DNA from: Octopus vulgaris
Lineage: Eukaryota
Reading direction: 5' to 3'
DNA length: 64,000 bases
Assembly (NCBI GenBank): GCA_951406725.2
Contig: OX597837.1
Location: forward strand, 41,788,001 to 41,852,000
Numbering within the stretch: position 1 is the first letter of the stretch; each line of letters starts with the position of its first letter. Made by a program: the position numbers and the translations under genes. The notes under the pieces are model-generated. The model had not been told where the DNA came from. It saw nothing but the letters and a program-made list of their open reading frames with translations, and searched no databases. This document shows, in pieces, positions 40,692-55,116 of this stretch.

Positions 40692-41096
40692 ACTCTTTAC
40701 TCTTTTTACTCTTTTACTTGTTTCAGTCATTTAACTGCGGCCATGCTGGAGCACCGCCTTTAGTCGAGCAAATCGACCCCGGGACTTAGTCTTTTGTAAG
40801 CCCAGTACTTATTCTATCGGTCTCTTTTGCCGAACCGCTAAGTGACGGGGACGTAAACACACCAGCATCGGTTGTCAAGCAATGCTAGGGGGACAAACAC
40901 AGACACACAAACGCATACATATACATATATACGACAGGCTTCTTTCAGTTTCCGTCTACCAAATCCACTCACAATGCATTGGTTGGCCTGAGGCTATAGT
41001 AGAAGACACTTGCCCAAGATGCCACGCAGTGGGACTGAACCCGAAACCATGTGGTTGGTAAGCAAGCTACTTACCACACAGACACTCCTGCGCCTA
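40692..41096 (-). mobile_element. SINE family A
   Basis: Reverse complement of the 39819 copy. Confidence 0.9.
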
Positions 41097-42770
41097 TTTC
41101 ATCATCATCATCATCATCATCGTTTAGCGTCCGCTTTCCATGCTAGCATGGGTTGGACGGTTCAACTGGGGTCTGGGAAGCCAGAAGGCTGCACCAGGCC
41201 CAGTTTGATCTGGCAATGTTTCTACGGCTGGATGCCCTTCCTAACGCCAACCACTCCATGAGTGTAGTGGGTGCTTTTTATGTGCCACCGGCACGGGGGC
41301 CAGGCGAGGCTGGCAACGGCCACGAACGGATGGTGCTTTTTACGTGCCACTTGTGTGCATATATATATATATGTGATTGTGTGTGTGTGTATCTCTTTTG
41401 CAATAATGAAGCTCATATAAGTAAACTATGATGCATTGCTAAGACAGTGGAATGTTGGAATATTCCTTGCAGCAAGAGCAGCAAATGTAGAAATGTCACT
41501 GCTACAGACTTTCAGCGAATGTCACATAATTTCCACCTGTTTTGGCAACAACCAATCAAATACAGACTTCTTCCTTGCGAACAAGAAACCTCGCAACTTG
41601 CAATTCTTTAAACAAATTTTTGCTGCTTTTTATGTTATAGACGACGAAGTCTGTTAATGTGTGCCGAAGAGTTGAGAAGTTTTACTTGGCAATCCACGAA
41701 GGAGCCGGGTTCAATCCTGCTGAGTAGTGACGCACATTTTAATAAATGCTTTCTATCATATTTATAGCCTTGGAGAGACCCCCACCCCAAACACCGTAAG
41801 TGTAAAATAACAGGCGCAGGCGTGGCTGCGTGGTAAGAGGTTTGCTTCTGATCCACTACATTGGGTGGGGTGGTGCAATTTTTCAGCAGGTCAACACTAT
41901 TCAATCCATCCTTTTTTTTTCTTATTCAGACAATATGTGACTTGAAGAAAATTTAGTGTTATTTCAAGCAAGGTGGAGCGACTATGAAAAAACACTATTT
42001 CATTCTTTTCAGAAATCTTCTGCCTTACATCACTGGAGTATATTAAACATTTTATGAAACGAAGCATTTCTTAGAAATGGAAAATAATTACATTGGTCTG
42101 AGATTATGAGGTGGTGGTTCATGAGGTGCAGTGTGAAAATGATGATAATAGTGGAACAGGGGTGCAGCAGCGGTAATGTATAGAGAGTTGTTGTTGTTGT
42201 TGTTGTTTGTTCCTTCTCGAGCCATGCCTGGCTCATAAGGGCCGGTTTCTTGGCGTATAGGTTCCCCCACCTAGACGGGACGCCGGTCCATCGCAGGTGA
42301 GCTGCAAGATGCAGGAGGAAAGAGTGAAAGTTGTGGCGAAAGAGTCAGCAGAAATTCGCCATTACCTTCTGCCAGAGCCGCGTGGAGCTTAGGTGTTTCG
42401 CTCATAGACACACATACATCGCCCGGTCTGAGATTCGTACCCGCGATCCCTCGACCGCAAGTCCGCTGCTCTAACCACTAGGCCATGTGCCTCCACTAAT
42501 GTATAGAGAGACAAAGAAGAAAAATATGATGCAGTTACTCGTTTAATTCTGATTGAAGGGCATATAGTCCCACCTGTTTACCTCAGTTTAAATATACATC
42601 CACTTAGTAATATATGCATAGATAAACAGAGAATCGCACACACACATGCATATGTAGGTGCACGAAAATGTACATACACACACAGACGTTTCTCCTCACC
42701 CATACACACGTTTTATTACACACTGTCTCACTTGCTCATCCATGCTTTCTCTCTCTCTCTCTCTTCTCTC

Positions 42771-42806
<36 letters not shown>

Positions 42807-42846
42807 GTATTTGAATATGTATATATATATTTATATATATATTTGA

Positions 42847-42918
<72 letters not shown>

Positions 42919-42929
42919 CTCTCTCTATT

Positions 42930-42980
<51 letters not shown>

Positions 42981-43496
42981 TATATATATATTTGAATATA
43001 TATATATATATGTATGTATATAGTTAAATATGTATATATGTGTGTGTATATATATATATATATATATAAAACGTAAAGGAAGATATATTATTCTCCATTC
43101 TCCTTTCTGAGGTCTTGATTACATATACAATATATATATATATATAATGTTTCAATCATAGCACTGCGGTCATGCTGGAGCTGTGTATTTGTACACACAC
43201 GTACACACACGCGTGTATGCCCACGTAATACAAACACATTCTAATCCGTATGTGATAAAAAAAAACACATAAATATAGCCATAAACACACACAAACACGA
43301 GACGTTTGAAACAACAGGCTTTTACACAACAAGTTCTTTGGAAGAGGAAGAGAAATTTACATATCTGGATTATTCTAAGCATGCAAGGACATCAGCTGCT
43401 GTTGGTTGTTTATCGTTTGTTATCAGCCATAAACTAATGTCATTACCGCACAGAGATACGCGCGCATGTGATTAAGGGCGTGCGTGCGTGCGCACA

Positions 43497-43549
<53 letters not shown>

Positions 43550-46349
43550 ATGTGTGTGTGCGTGTGTGTGTGTGTCTGTATTATGTTCATTTGCCTTATT
43601 TGGTCTGAGAATATTGTTTGTATTAGGCGGTTATATGCGTACGTGCGTGAGCATAAAAATGTATGTCTGTGTGTGTGAATGAATGTGTGTGTGTGTGTAT
43701 GTATGTGTGTGTACGTGCATATGAAATGTATGTCTGTGTGTGTGTGAATTAATGTGTATGTAAATGTGTATGTATGTATGTGTGCACGTGCATATGAAAT
43801 GTGTGTGTGAATGAATGAATGTGTATGTGTGTATGTATGTGTGTACGTGCATATGAAATGTGTGTCTGTGTGTGTGTGTGAACTGATGTGTATGTAAATG
43901 TGTGTGTGTGTGCACAAGCATATAAAATGTATGTCTGTATGTGAATTAATGTGTATGTATGTATGTGTACACGTGCATATGAAAATATGTGTCTGTGTGT
44001 GAATGTGTGTATGTATGTGTGCATATGAAATGCGTGTCTGTGTGTGTAAATGAATGTGTATGTAAATGTGTGTGTGTGTGTGTGTGCACAAGCATATAAA
44101 ATGTATGTCTGTATGTGAATGTGTATGTATGTATGTATGTGTGCACGAGCATGTGAAATGTGTGTTTGTGTGTGTGAATGAATGTGTATGTATGCATGTA
44201 ACGATATATGTGTGCACAAGCATATAAAATATGTGTGTGTATGTGTGTGCGTGCGCGTTAACTATCGGATAATACCAAGTTTGTCAAAGTTCAGCGGAGT
44301 GTATGTAATATCAGCGACGTTATCAGACCACAGGGAGGGGAAAAAATAATAAAAAGGGAGATATCTCCAAGCGATATCAACCAATAACCAACAGGAGGAA
44401 GGATGTCAGTCGAAGATTTAGCTTCCAGAGAGATGGAATTCCACTGCTAAGCACCACCACCCTCCATCTCTCTCTGATCCTTCTTGAATTTTCCAGAGAT
44501 AAAACACGAAGCTCCAAGAACGTAGAGAATGGTTGAAGGTTTTTCTTTTTTCTTTTTCTTTTTAAATCTAATGTGACTTCTCTTTATTTTTACCAAAGAG
44601 GATGATGGTGGTGGCGGCGGTGGCGGTGGCGCTCAGGGTGACGAGAAATACAGCGGCAGGGACGATAATGACGATTACGATGATTGGGGTAGTAGTAGTA
44701 GTAGTAGCGGTGGTGGTGGTAGTGGTAATAGTAGTATTAGTGTTGGTGGTAGTAGTGGTAATGATGATTGTAGTAGTCGTGGTCGTAGCAATGGTAATGG
44801 TGGTGGTGGTGGTAGTAGTAGTAGTGGTGGTAGTAGTAGTGGTGGTGGTGGTGGTGGTAGTAGTAGTGGTGGCGGTGGTGGTGGTAGTAGTAGTGATAGT
44901 GATGATGGTAGTTGTCGGGGTCTTAGCAGTGGTAGTAGTGATGGTAAATGATGAAGATGCTGACGGTGACGAGCGTGAGCAATGAAATTGTTTTGTTTTT
45001 GTTTTTAAACACGTACAAGGGACCCTTGTGAAATCGGTCCCAGGATCTGATTAATTTTTTTTAATCTCTTTTACTTGTTTTAGTCATTAGACTGCGGCCA
45101 TGCTGGGGCACCACACCTTGAAGAAATTTTAGTCTAAACGAATCGACTCCAGTACTTATTTCTATTTTAAGTCTGGCACTCATTCTATCGATATCTCTTG
45201 CTGAACTGCTATGTTAGTTATTTTATCAAAATTACAACGCAATGACAGCAGTTGGAGTGGAGAGACATCACTCAATTAAATCCACTCCAATTAATTATCG
45301 GTCTTAGACGAAACGGAAACGCAGAAAAACCATTTGTTCGATGTGCTAACGATTACAGAAGGCCATCGATTTGTGGTACTTGACTGGTACTTTATTTTAT
45401 CGACCTCGGAAGGATGAAACGCGAAGCTGACCCCAGCGAGACTTGAATCCAGGAAGTAAAGCATCTAAAGGAATACCTACTTCTTTATTACCCACAAGGG
45501 GCTAAACACAGAGAGGACAAACAAGGACAGACAAACGGATTAAGTCGATTACACCGACGCCAGTGCGTAACTGGTACTTAATTTATCGACCCCGAAAGGA
45601 TGAAAGGCAAAGCCGACCTCAGCGGGATTTGAACTCAGAACCTAGCGGCAGACGAAATACTAAGAAATACTGCAAAGCATTTTGTCGATGCTCTTACGAT
45701 TCTGTTAATCCACAGCCCTGCTGTTGTTGCTGTAAACAAACCAGTAATTGCGGGGATGGGGTTAAGTCGATTACATCGACCCACCCCCCCGGGGATCAAC
45801 TGTTACTTATTTTATCGATCCGAAAGAAAGAAAGACAAAGTGACTCATTGACCTCGACGGCATTTGAACTCGGAGCGTAAAGTCGGAAGAAACGCTACTC
45901 AGCATTTTATCCGGTGTGCTAACGATTCTGTCAATCCACCGCTATGATGATGATGATGGTTTCAATCGGTCACGAAGGTCTAAAACAATACAAGGATGCA
46001 ACGCAAAAGAAGGGACATAATTTGAGTTTAAAAAAAGAGGTCAAGAAAAACAAACAAAAAAAAAGAAAGAAAAAGAAATATAACAATAACATTTCAACGA
46101 ACTTTCCCCTACAGGAGTGGATTCCTTGATCAGCGAAACCTGCCCTATTTATAAGAAGCGGGAAAGCATGCAGTCCAGCAGGTTGACCTGTTGTTTTGGG
46201 CAGGCCAAATTAGAACATACAAGTTCCTTCATTGGTTCGTGTCAATTCAGTCAATGTCTAAATGTGACAGTTACTATCTATCAATAACCCATTTCGTTCT
46301 GGTCAGAAGCTACGATGTAATATACTCGACCGCCATGAGCATCCCATAG

Positions 46350-46870
46350 TCATCTATCTACAGGTGTTGGTCTATCTAATAGGCATCTATCGACAGCTGT
46401 TGGTCTATCCAGAAGGCATCTACCTACGGGGTGGGTCTATCCAGAAGGCATCTACCTACAGGTGTCAATCTATCGGATAGGCATCTATCAAGTGTTGGTC
46501 TATTCAATAGGTATCTATCGACAGCTGTTGGTCTATCCAGAAGGCATCTGTCTACTAGTTTTGCTCTATCCAATAGGTATCTATTCACAAGTGTTAGTCT
46601 ATCCTACAGACATCTGTCTACAAGTGTTGGTCTATCCTATAGACATCTATCTACAGGTGTTGGTCTATCCTATAAGTACCTATCTACAGGTACCGGTCTA
46701 TCATGTAAGCATATATCTACAGGTGTTAGTCTATCCCACAGGCATCTATCTACGAGCGTTGGTCTACCTACAGATGTTGGTCTATACAACAGGCATCTTA
46801 TTGAGAGCTGTTGGTCTATCCAGTAACTATCGACAGTTCTTGGTCGATCCAGTTGGAAATTTTCTACAAG
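46350..46870 (+). repeat. ~33-bp diverged minisatellite (CATCTATCTACAGGTGTTGGTCTATCCNNNAGG), ~15 copies
   Basis: Directly visible periodicity; explains the ORFs at 46431 and 46462. Confidence 0.85.
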
Positions 46871-47918
46871 TGTTTATGAATTACAGATATGTAAGCAGTA
46901 CCATGGTCATACTCGAGTTTTTTTTCAAAAGATAACAATCTGCATGATTATGATGAGGTGTTGGTCTATCATTAAGATTACTACAAGTTGATGGTCTTAT
47001 TCTTGTCAACCAACAGCTTTACAAGGGGCGTGGTGAACCATTTCCACATTTCTGAAGAACAGAAGATTCTTGGAATATTGCAATAACACTGGGAGACAAG
47101 ATACGGAGATAGATCGATAGACAGACGGATGGATATATGGACAGAGAGAGAGAGGATGAAAGAACTGCAATATTATACTTTGGGTGATATCATAATAACA
47201 CGGCACAGGAAATGACTGCGGTCAAAATATGGATGTCTTCTGAATCTTAATAACACAGGAAATAAATAAATGAACGAAGAAATGATGATGATGATGATGA
47301 TGATGATTTTACAGAAAGAGAAAGTGAAAGTAAAAAAAAAAGAAAAGAAAAGAAATTTGAATAAAATTAGGCCCTTGCCAAAGACAGTCTTTTCTGATCT
47401 GATATACTGAATCTTATAATTAAAAATAGAAGGGGCCTGAGAAAATGAAGGGGGAAGTGATGAAGGAGGAGAGCGAATTTGCAGTGTAGTGGGTGAGGGC
47501 GATGTGGTGAGATGAAGAAAGGTTTAGAGGGAGAAAGAGAGAGAGAAGTAAAAATGAAGTCTGTATAAAAGATAAAGAGATATTTAACATAACAAAATGT
47601 AGAATCAATCATTTATCAAGCTAGCAATTTGCGAAAGTCATTAAGATTTATAAGCGAAGGAAATAAGGAGAAGAAGAAAGAGAACGCGGTTGTGCCAAAG
47701 TGGTGGCGATGGAGGCAACGCTACGAAGAAGATGGTGGTATGAGAGGGACACGGGAGGAGGGCGGAAAAACTTGAGAGAGAGAGAGAGACAACAGCGAGG
47801 TCGATGTAGCAGAGAGAGAGAGAGAAGCTATGTTGTCTAAATTGGCCAGGTAAGTGCGTGGGTAGGTGGGGAGACACATACAAAAATAAGAAAAAAAAAT
47901 ACTATAAAAATGCACGAC

Positions 47919-47962
<44 letters not shown>

Positions 47963-48914
47963 CCTTTCTACTAAAAAGTCACGAGGCCTGAAATTCTGGG
48001 GTTGGGAGCTAGTGGATTACATCGACCCCAGTGTTTCACTGGTACTTGATTTATCGACCCCCGAAAGGATGAAAGGCAAAGTCGACCTCGGTGGAATTTG
48101 AACTCCGAACATAAAGACAGACGAAATACCTATTACTTTACTACCCACACGGGGCTAAACACAGAGAGGACAAACGGATTAAGTCGATTATATCGACCCC
48201 AGTGTGTAACTGGTACTTAAGTTAATCGATCCCGAAAGGATGAAAGGCAAAGTCGACCTCGGCGGAACTTGAACTCAGAACGTAATGACGGACGAAATAT
48301 CGCTAAGCATTGTGAATAGATTACCAAATGGTACACAGATTGTTGTGATGCATGTGCGTGGTATACCCTTATCAGACGGGTAGTCATGATGGGTATACTG
48401 GGCTGCGTATATTTTACCCGAGTGTCACTTTGATGGCATGCACTGCTCTCTCAATAATAATAATAATAATAATAATAATATTGTCTACTATAGGCACAAG
48501 GCCTGAAATTTTTTTTTTTTGGGGGGGGGACAGTCGATTGGATCGATTCCAGTACGCAACTGGTACTTATATTATCGACCCTGACAGGATGAAGGGCAAA
48601 GCCGACCTCGGTGGAATTTGAACTCAGAACGCAAGGACGGACGAAATGCCGCTAAGCATTTCGTCCGGCGTGCTAACGATTCTGCCAGCTCGCCACCTTA
48701 ACAACAACAACAACAATGATAATAACCACAATAAATAAATAACTTCCGTGGTTATGAATATGAATAATAAAACCAATATCTTTTATTATTTAATCAGTGA
48801 CTGGTTTTCTATCGGATATTTTGGGTAGGAACGGTAATAAGGGGGTGGGGGGTAGTGGAATGGCATAGTGGCGGCGGCGGTGGTGGTGTAAATGATTGAA
48901 GTGATAGTTGTTGT

Positions 48915-49160
48915 TGTTGGTGTAGTGGCGGGGTGGTGGTGTAGTGGCGGGGTGGAGGTGGTGGTGGTGTAGCGTGGGGGTGGAGGTGGTGGTGGTGTAG
49001 TGGCGGGGTGGAGGTGGTGTAGTGGCGGGGTGGTGGTGGTGGTGTAGTGGCGGGGTGGTGGTGTAGTGGCGGGGTGGTGGTGGTGTAGTGGCGGGGTGGT
49101 GGTGGTGTAGTGGCGGGGTGGAGGTGGTGGTGGTGCAGTGGCGGGGTGCTGGTGTTGGTG
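48915..49160 (+). repeat. G-rich minisatellite (GGTGTAGTGGCGGGGT + variable GGT)
   Basis: Directly visible. Confidence 0.85.
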
Positions 49161-49367
49161 GTGGTGTTTGGTAGTAGTAGTTAACGATACTTAATGGTAA
49201 CGAATGAAACGGTGGACGAAGACGTTTTTGTTTGTTGTTTAAGCAGACATGTGTATATGATCAAAGACATGATTCCAGCCATGACCTTCTCGTCACTTTA
49301 GGCTTATGTCTATAGTAACCTCATCATCAAATGTGTCCAGAAGCCATCGTATTGATGTTAGCCATGA

Positions 49368-50035
49368 CTAGTAGTAGTAGTGGTGGTGGTGGTGGTGGTT
49401 GTAGTAGTAGTGGTGGTGGTTGTAGTAGTGGTGGTGGTTGTAGTACTAGTGGTGGTGGTGGTTGTAGTAGTGGTGGTGGTGGAAGTTGTAGTCGTAGTGT
49501 TGGTAGTAGTTATGGTGGTGGTGGTTGTAATAGTAGTGGTGGTGGTTGTAGTAGTGGTGGTGGTGGTGGTGGTTGTAGTCGTAGTGTTGGTAGTAGTTAT
49601 GGTGGTGGTGGTTGTAGTAGCAGTGGTGGTGGTTGTAGTAGTGGTGGTGGTTGTAGTAGTGGTGGTGGTGGTGGTTGTAGTCGTAGTGTTGGTAGTAGTT
49701 ATGGTGGTGGTGGTTGTAGTAGTAGTGGTGGTGGTTGTAGTGGTGGTGGTGGTGGTGGAAGTTGTAGTCGTAGTGTTGGTAGTAGTTATGGTGGTGGTGG
49801 TTGTAGTCGTAGTGTTGGTAGTAGTTATGGTGGTGGTTGTAGTAGTGGTGGTGGTGGTTGTAGTCGTAGTGTTGGTAGTAGTTATGGTGGTGGTGGTTGT
49901 AGTAGTAGTGGTGGTGGTTGTAGTAGTGGTGGTGGTGGAGGTTGTAGTAGTAGTGTTGGTAGTAATTGTAGTAGTGGTAGTGTTGGTAGTAGTAGTAGTA
50001 GTGGTAGTGTTGGTAGTAGTAGTAGTAGTAGTAGC
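49368..50035 (+). repeat. Compound (GGT/AGT/TGT)n triplet repeat with a recurring CGTAGTGTTGGTAGTAGTTAT unit
   Basis: Directly visible; the source of the poly-G/S, poly-V and poly-T ORFs. Confidence 0.85.
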
Positions 50036-50166
50036 GGAGGATTGGGGGTGGGGAACCTCAGCAGGATGGGTAAAGTCAAATAAAAGGACATTTACGACGA
50101 TTCGATACAGAAAGTTACGAGGCAAGGAAAGAAAAAACAGGCGGCTCTGATTTCCAATTAATAATA

Positions 50167-50211
<45 letters not shown>

Positions 50212-50421
50212 TTTCTGTAGATAGAGAAGTAAAAAAAAACAAAAAAACAACTATGCACAAAAACATACAAGGAGAAAAAAGAATAATGCAGAAAAAAAAC
50301 CTCAAAGATAAAAAAAAAACCCCAGCTAATTTGTTGTCGATATCGTAGCATTTATTGCAGTAAAAAGAAATGACAAAGTCTTTGATAAGCAATACCAACA
50401 TAAAAACTATATATATATATG

Positions 50422-50456
<35 letters not shown>

Positions 50457-50769
50457 GCATATATATATATGTGTGTGTATATATATATATATATATGCAC
50501 ACACACACACATATATATATATACATATATATATATGCACATATATATATATATATATATGCACACACACATATATATATATGCACACATATATATATAT
50601 GTACACACACATATATATATGCATATATATATATGCACACGCACATATATATATGTGCATATATATATATATATGCATATATGTGTGTATACATACACAA
50701 ACGTGTGTATACACACACACATAATACATATACACTATTTTATTCTTTTACAAGAATGGTTTTGATACT

Positions 50770-50820
50770 GACTTGGAAGTTTCGGTCTACTAGCCTTCAT
50801 CAGGCCGAAACTTCGAAGTC
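50770..50820 (-). ncRNA. Hammerhead-like motif with fold-back copy of its 3' half
   Basis: Minus: CTGATGA-AGGCTAGTAGACC-GAAA-CTTCCAAG-TC (GUC triplet). Plus arm GGCCGAAACTTCGAAGTC has the palindromic stem III ACTTCGAAGT. Confidence 0.55.
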
Positions 50821-51061
50821 TCTGTCAGCACTATTGTAAAAATAGGTGTATGCATTGTGTATAGCTACACATATAATAGACAATATACAAAACCCCGCGC
50901 TTCATCAATGGCATGTCTTAACTCAACGAAACAAACAAAAAGGCAAGAGGCATATGTCAAAAAAGTGCTCAACAGTTCATTGAAATTAAAGCTATCGGGT
51001 CTATGACAAAGGCTATGTGCAAAAAAGAGGAGGGAAAACTTAAGAATCTCGAATATACTAT

Positions 51062-51111
<50 letters not shown>

Positions 51112-51221
51112 CCATAGACACGCATTATGCATTGTTATAAATCCGTCTAATAAAGGCCCGAAACATATGTACCGCTGAATCCTTGGCATCATGTTTTTAT
51201 TTTGATATATATATATATATG

Positions 51222-51409
51222 TAGGTCCCGGGTTGAGTCGTGGTAAACCACAGTAAATAAGGTACTCAATACATAGCAGAGTAAAGTAATTTATTTTATA
51301 GAAGGAGCTTCTACAGGACTAGAACTGTTTCATTCAGATGAAATCTTCCTGAAGATTTCATCTGAATGAAACAGTTCTAGTCCTGTAGAAGCTCCTTCTA
51401 TATAAATAA

Positions 51410-51410
<1 letters not shown>
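51222..51410. mobile_element. Penelope-like terminal-repeat fragment with a perfect 52-bp palindrome and hammerhead-like core
   Basis: 51297-51348 is the exact reverse complement of 51351-51402. CTGAAGA-T-TTC(atct)GAA-T-GAAAC starts at 51349. Minus-strand AATAAA; flanked by TA tracts. Confidence 0.55.
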
Positions 51411-51462
<52 letters not shown>

Positions 51463-52094
51463 AAGTGAGATAGGGGTTGTGAATGTAACCCACTATGGGA
51501 TAACATTTATCCAATATACTGCCAGTAAAGTACACTCTTATCTACAGGCTGAAACAGCTGTAAGATCCATTTTATATTTATATGTATTGTTCTTATGGTA
51601 TTATCTTACTCATTGATGTGTACAGTTTTATTCTGTTTGATCTGGATGCTCCTAAATAATTAGTTAATAAATTATATGAATTGGTATTATCTAGTAGTTG
51701 ATAATTGATAAAAATCTATTCCTCCATTTTCTTATTTTGTATATATATATATATATATATACGGTGAGTGATTAATAGACTTAATCCGTTTGTCTGTCCT
51801 TGTTTGTCCCCTCTGTGTTTAGCCCCTTGTGGGTAGTAAAGAAATAGGTATTTCGTCTGCCGTTACGTTCTGAGTTCAAATTCCGCTGAGGTCGACTCTG
51901 CCTTTCATCCTTTCAGGGTCGATTAAAATAAGTACCAGTTACGCACTGGGGTCGATGTAGTCGACTTAATACGTTTGTCTGTCCTTGTTTGTCCCCTCTG
52001 TGTTCAGCCCCTTGTGGGCAATAAAGAAATAAATATATATATATATGCATGTAAGTATCTATCACCTGTATCGATCAGACTATAGGACGTTGTT

Positions 52095-52360
52095 ATACAC
52101 GTTTCCAATTCTTTCTCGACTGCATCCTTCTTTTTCGGTACAGACTGACTAAATAAATCGTCTTCCCCATCGGTGTGGAGGCCTTCCAAGTGGCCTTTTC
52201 CAATTTCTTGGCTGCCACTCGGCAACTAAGCGGACCCACCTGTTTGTGAAACCTCGCGACATGTCGAGGACCAGAGGAACTTGTTCGTTGGTTATACTGC
52301 AATCACGTCCTTCGTTCGGCTCCGTTCTCGAATTACCTCATTTCGGATACGCTCCGGCAA
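52095..52360 (-). mobile_element. RTE-clade LINE 3' fragment (frameshifted)
   Basis: ERIRNEVIRERSRTKDVI...HVAR...RLVAEWQPRNWKRPLGRPPHRW.EDDL across frames. Confidence 0.75.
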
Positions 52361-52792
52361 TGATAGTCAATATTCAACGGCACCGTCCGAACTACTAACT
52401 TACAAGCTGGACACGGTCGAATGCCAAGAGGAAAGATATAAATATATCTATATCAGTAGTTGTAAGCCTCATACATAATGGACATCGTTACTGAAATACA
52501 AGATTAATGAATGTAGAATGCAATTACTGATGTTATAACTAATGAAATATTTTGTGTAATATAAGAGAAATGAGTTAAAAAGTGTTTGTTATGTGTCAGG
52601 ACGCCCATTTTTATGTGCTCGTCCCCCCCTAACTTTAAAACCAGTCAGGCGGCGCTGGCATCTGCCACGTTCGGACGGTGCTTTTTACGTGTCACCGGCA
52701 CGAATATCTTAACTACAATTTCCACACACACACACACATATATATATATATACATACACATATTATATATATACATATATACATTTATACAT

Positions 52793-52847
<55 letters not shown>

Positions 52848-53375
52848 CATACATATACACACACACACACACCATATATATATATACAATATATATATAT
52901 ATAGACACAGCGTTCGTAATACTTTATCTCGTTCGGCTTAACAGCCCTTCTTGTCTTGTTATTCTCCTTGTCCTGTCTTTTACTGTTTATATTTTGTATT
53001 GTCGTTACTGTCCTGTTTTTGTTACCACTTTTACCCCTCCGCAAAAAAGATCTCAAATTTTATTTAATTTTCTTTTCGCGGGAAGGAAAGTTTCAATCGA
53101 AGATGCGTATCGCCTTCACCTTCGAAACGCAGAGTAGATGAAACAGAGGCGACTGAAGAAGGGGAATTTTCCTTGTGTTGTATGTCCTGTACTCTATTTT
53201 TTCGTTGTTTAAGTAAAATGTCCAGTTCCTTGGTTTTGTGTTTATGTTTTCGTTTCTCATTGTGTTCGACGTTTTTTTTAGTGTCCTGTACCCATATATG
53301 CATGTATATATACATGTAGATGTAGGTACGAACATATATGTATGTATATATGAATATGTTTTATTTATTAATTTG

Positions 53376-53409
<34 letters not shown>

Positions 53410-53537
53410 GTAAATGTAAAAACATACAAACTGGGACAAGAACGCGAAACATTTAGAAGACGATACAAAAAACACGGACGGGACACCCGAAGCCTTCAAT
53501 CTTCAGTCAAGAACCGGATCATCTTCGCAATTTCGGC

Positions 53538-53573
<36 letters not shown>

Positions 53574-53576
<3 letters not shown>

Positions 53577-53795
53577 GAGTGACCACACAAACATGGAACA
53601 AGGCGGGAGAAAATATTACTCGAATAACAATAGAGTAATATGCTTTATTATTGAAGCTGCAAAAACATCACCAAAAAACTGCAACTCGGAGTTTTACGTT
53701 TCCTTTCATCGTAACTGCGCGATGAACGGGAACGTGAAACTCTGAGTAGTAAATTTTGGTGATATTTTTGTACGATGTTTTTGTATCTTTAATAA
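53574..53795. mobile_element. Penelope-like terminal-repeat fragment, imperfect palindrome with degenerate hammerhead
   Basis: ACTGC-GCGATGA-ACG(GGAA)CGT-GAAA-CTCTGAG-TA; the opposite arm supplies GTT-GCAGT, complementary to ACTGC. GAGTAATATGCTTTATT tail is like those at ~2770 and ~51280. Confidence 0.5.
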
Positions 53796-54636
53796 TAATA
53801 ATAATAATATATATATATATTTCCTAGGCATCGCTATAGCTTTCTGATCTTGTCACTTGGGGGAAACTGTAACACACGATCACTATACAAATTACAATAT
53901 ATTTTCACACACACACACACACACGCACATATATATATACAATGATTAACAACAATAACAACGATAATAATAATAATAATAATAAATATAAATTATATTA
54001 AACTGAATCAATAAACCAGAATCCTATTAATAAATATGAATTATAAACTTACTTTTCTAATTAATTTATTCACATTGGAACTTAATTAAATTATTTGACC
54101 TCCAATTTAATTTATCTTATGGCAATATCTAATTTTACGCAACACATACCTCCATCGTCGCTCTTACTAAACCTTTCGACTTGTTTTTAGGTTTTTGACT
54201 TCCTGCGTTCAAGTTTCAATTCTCATTTGTATGAAGATGGTAAATCTCCTTTGTTTGTCATATTTATTAACTGTAGCAAGGATGAACACACGTGTGTGTG
54301 TGTGTGTGTGTGTGTGAAGGAGAGAGAGTGTGTGTGTGTGTGTGTGTGTGCATATATATGCACAAACATAAATATATATATGTACACACACATACGTATT
54401 TATACATATACACAGAACGTGTGTGTATATGCATATATGTGAATATATTCACACACACACACACACACACACACATTTAATTTCCGTTGTTTATTTTGAA
54501 TGCGCACATACACAAACACGCGTGCATACACACAAATGTATACATACACAAATGCATATACACAGTTGTATATATACCTATGTGTGTGTGTGTGTGTGTG
54601 TGTGTGCATGCAGTAAAATTAATTTAAATATCCTTA

Positions 54637-54688
<52 letters not shown>

Positions 54689-54939
54689 TATATATATATA
54701 TATACATATATATACATATATGTATACACATATATATAGACATATACATACATATATGTATACACATATATACATACATATATAGACATATACAAACATA
54801 TATATACATATATACATACATATACACACACACACACACACATATATATATACATATATATATATACATATATATACATATATATATATATACATCTACA
54901 TATATATATATACATATATATACACACATATATATATAC

Positions 54940-54988
<49 letters not shown>

Positions 54989-55083
54989 CATATATATACA
55001 CATATACACATATATATATATATATACACATAAACATATATATATACACATATACATATATATACACCTATATATATACATAC

Positions 55084-55116
<33 letters not shown>

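Noticed and set aside
49331-50083. Gly/Ser/Cys-rich loricrin- or keratin-associated-like ORF (250 aa)
   Set aside because: It arises from an NGT triplet repeat that is also open in other frames and strands (poly-V, poly-T), has no convincing gene context, and lies antisense within the FUT8 upstream intron.
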